Positions 61,421 to 64,000 of a DNA stretch of 64,000 nucleotides are shown one piece after another. This stretch comes from Tubiluchus corallicola (taxonomy: Eukaryota; Animalia; Priapulida), in the NCBI GenBank assembly GCA_030141605.1, contig JAQGDQ010000020.1, positions 186,001 through 250,000 of the forward strand, written 5' to 3'. The translations under genes were made by a program, and so were the position numbers. Numbering within the stretch: the first letter of the stretch is position 1; each line of letters opens with the position of its first letter. The notes beneath the pieces are model-generated. The model saw only the letters and a program-made list of their open reading frames with translations. It did not search any database and was not told the DNA's origin.

Positions 61421-64000
61421 AATGCATAACGCATAACGCATTCCGGATGTTCTGTAAGCGACTCTTTATTCAGCTACAATAGTGGGATTTTTGAGTGAAG
61501 TGCAAAAGCATCGTAATGCATGCCTTCGTGCTTTCCACCAGCTTACGTCATTTTTTACCATACTCCCGCAGCAAGGTTTGTTTGGTGAGAGATATGAATG
61601 ACTTAAATTTCTTTCGCAATTTTAAGCAGCGCATTTTATGCGCGTATATTACGTCTTAATTAAAATTTTTAGGTGTATATTAAAACACAATCTTATTCCA
61701 GAATTGGTTCTTCATTTAAGCAAAAACTTCTATTTATTTAAGTCAACTAGGCAGTCTTTTAGTGGGTACAGCTGTGCTTTCTCAATCTATGTTACAGTCA
61801 CATTTAATAGCCATTTAAAAGCTCCAGAAGTTTTCACCTTTAGTCTTTCACCTTCATTGCACCTTGAAAGTTGTGCGCCATAAAGAACCTCACTGTTTGT
61901 TTGCTATTAGTTGATATCAAGTAAAATCGATGTGTGGTGTGAACTTTTGATGATACAGTTCTGTGTCTCGTTAATAAGACGTAACAATTAATTGAAAACT
62001 ATTCTGGGATTTTTTATTAATTGTTTTGAATCTTATTTTAGTTGTTTAGGTTTAAATAAATAGTTTGCTTGTGTTAATCCATGTTAAAATTCATTGTGAA
62101 ACGTGACTTTTCACAATATACTGTTGTTGCGTGAGGTTGAAGTACAATATTTTATGCATGTATAAGTGACATGTTTTGCTTTAAGCAAATGTTTGAATCA
62201 TTATAAGCGTACGCCATTTTAAACGTTTTGCGAGAGCATACTTAGTATGGATACTGGCAACAATGCTGCCTGTGACAATGCTGCTAGTGATTATTCCATC
62301 AGTAGAAGTAATGTTCATGTACCGATGTACGAAGAGATTTCAAATTCTGGCATTCAGTTTGCTGACATGTCGAAACATGTGATGAGAAAGGAACCCATTA
62401 AAAAAGTACTGAGTGTTAGTGAACTTGATGCGGTAAGTTAGGAATTCCTTATATGTTAAGAGGCACAGAGAGCTCGCTGATGCTCATAACGTTATGTGGC
62501 TATCTTTCAGCAATCGTAATAAACGTTTTAGCGTTTTACAAACCAAATGAAAATAATATTGAGCAACCACTTTCTTGATTCCATTTTGCTTGAATATTAT
62601 CCATTCAGTACACTCCATTTTACAGTATAACATCGATCGAATTATATATAGTCAAACCAACAATATTTATTATCAAATAAATACATAAAATTTATTGTAA
62701 ACTCTGTTTGTTATCAATTTTCTTACGATTATGAGTATGAAATTATTATGTTGCTTAGGTTAACATAACTTGGGAGAATATAAACGTCTGGGCGACGCTG
62801 AAAGGTGGACGAAGTCGACATGATAGAGAAGCTGGACAATCTGACCCGGAAAAGCAAACAGAAAAAAGAGTTAAGAAGCATATTCTCCGAAATGGTATTA
62901 AAACAAAATTTAAAGACTATTTACTAGCACGACATTAAATTAGTCTTTGTCACATTATTTTAACAACTTGAGTTGGCCATTTCAATGTGCATCTAAGTTA
63001 AACAATCTGCTTCTTTAAATTCCTTTAAAAGTAAATAATTTTGAGAAATATACGTTAAACAAACTAGCACGGAACGGGTTGCTTCTGCAAAAGATTGTGC
63101 TGTTTCTGATAGGTGTAGTCACTGGCCACCCGAATAAATTAACATCGTGTAAATAGAGCGCATATAGAAACTGTAAATAATTTTTGTAATAACACGTTTT
63201 CTTCACTCTGCACCCAATTTTCGTATTTAGTTTAGCATAGCTTTGTGCTGCAGTAAAGTGATTCGAGTTCTCGCTTAGAGCTGAGAGCTTGCTTCTACTA
63301 TAAGTTCCGTAGCACAAAGGATAAGGCAGCAGCACCTTCATGCTATACTCAGGAGACTGCACTGTTAATGCAGCTTGGTTTTACTTTATGCCATTTTAAA
63401 TTTGAGAATGTTTTGGAAAATGCATTTCCGAGAGGTGTAGGCTTGTTATTTAGTTAATGATGAGATTAAGTAATTCACTGTAGTCTATTAGGAGCGCTCA
63501 GCCCAACTGCATCTAGTAAATTGTTGTAAAAAGTTGTTCTGCTTGCTTGTTTATTCCAACGACATTAATTTACAAGTTTCATTAATATGTTATGTGAAAA
63601 TTTGTTATTGCAGTTACTGGGTACGCAAAAGCTGGTACGCTGTTAGCAATTATGGGTGCCAGGTATAAAAGCATAGTCATATTAAAAAAAATTATATTGT
63701 TGACAAAAATATTTATATTGTCAAATTGAAGGCAAAATAGATTCTACACACTCGGATCGATTTAAAAGAGTTTATTTAGCTGTAATTATTTTCCGAAATC
63801 ATCTTAGCAGAAAATTCATGTTGAATCAGTTTTGCAATAATTATTACTTTACAAGCCGATTGGCTGACAAGTAAGGATACGAACCAGAAGCAAGATTCAT
63901 TTGTTGTTTGTTTGTTTTAGTGGTGCAGGCAAAAGTACACTTATGAACATTCTGACGCACAGGAATACTGAAATGTATACTGTTGAGGGTACAGTCAAAA
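61421..64000 (+). repeat. Recent segmental duplication, copy 2
   Basis: Near-identical to 49362-51935; begins inside the right arm of the Tourist-like MITE. Confidence 0.95.
62247..64000 (+). CDS. white: White-family ABCG half-transporter, copy C (5' part, runs off window)
   Basis: Exons 62247-62432, 62759-62894, 63614-63662 and 63921 to beyond 64000. Exon 2 reads identical to copy B, exon 1 has a few substitutions, and splice sites are intact. The symbol is family-level. Confidence 0.9.

Overview
AT-rich, intron-rich animal DNA, probably a protostome invertebrate (the CNG pore motif TATSIGNNP is TAX-2/CngB-like). Most long ORFs in the supplied track are intronic noise, so genes were rebuilt by hand from splice sites with reading-frame phases checked. 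In order: (1) a cyclic-nucleotide-gated channel beta subunit on the minus strand (14 coding exons, 3' end outside the window); (2) a complete MOB4/phocein on the minus strand; (3) a complete PSMB3 on the plus strand; (4) a 4-exon minus-strand gene missed by the ORF track, encoding a 113-aa secreted protein with one PAN/apple-like cysteine motif, head-to-head with (5) a tandem array of White-family ABCG half-transporters. The array has two complete 19-exon genes, a collapsed two-exon pseudogene between them, and a near-identical young duplicate running off the window end. Non-coding DNA contains a 3-copy TTAA-flanked (Kolobok-like) MITE family, a Tourist-like MITE at the duplication breakpoint, a Helentron-associated-like element, LINE 3' remnants, microsatellites, X-box-like motifs and an inverted duplication bracketing MOB4 exon 1. 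Identities were judged by eye and no searches were run.
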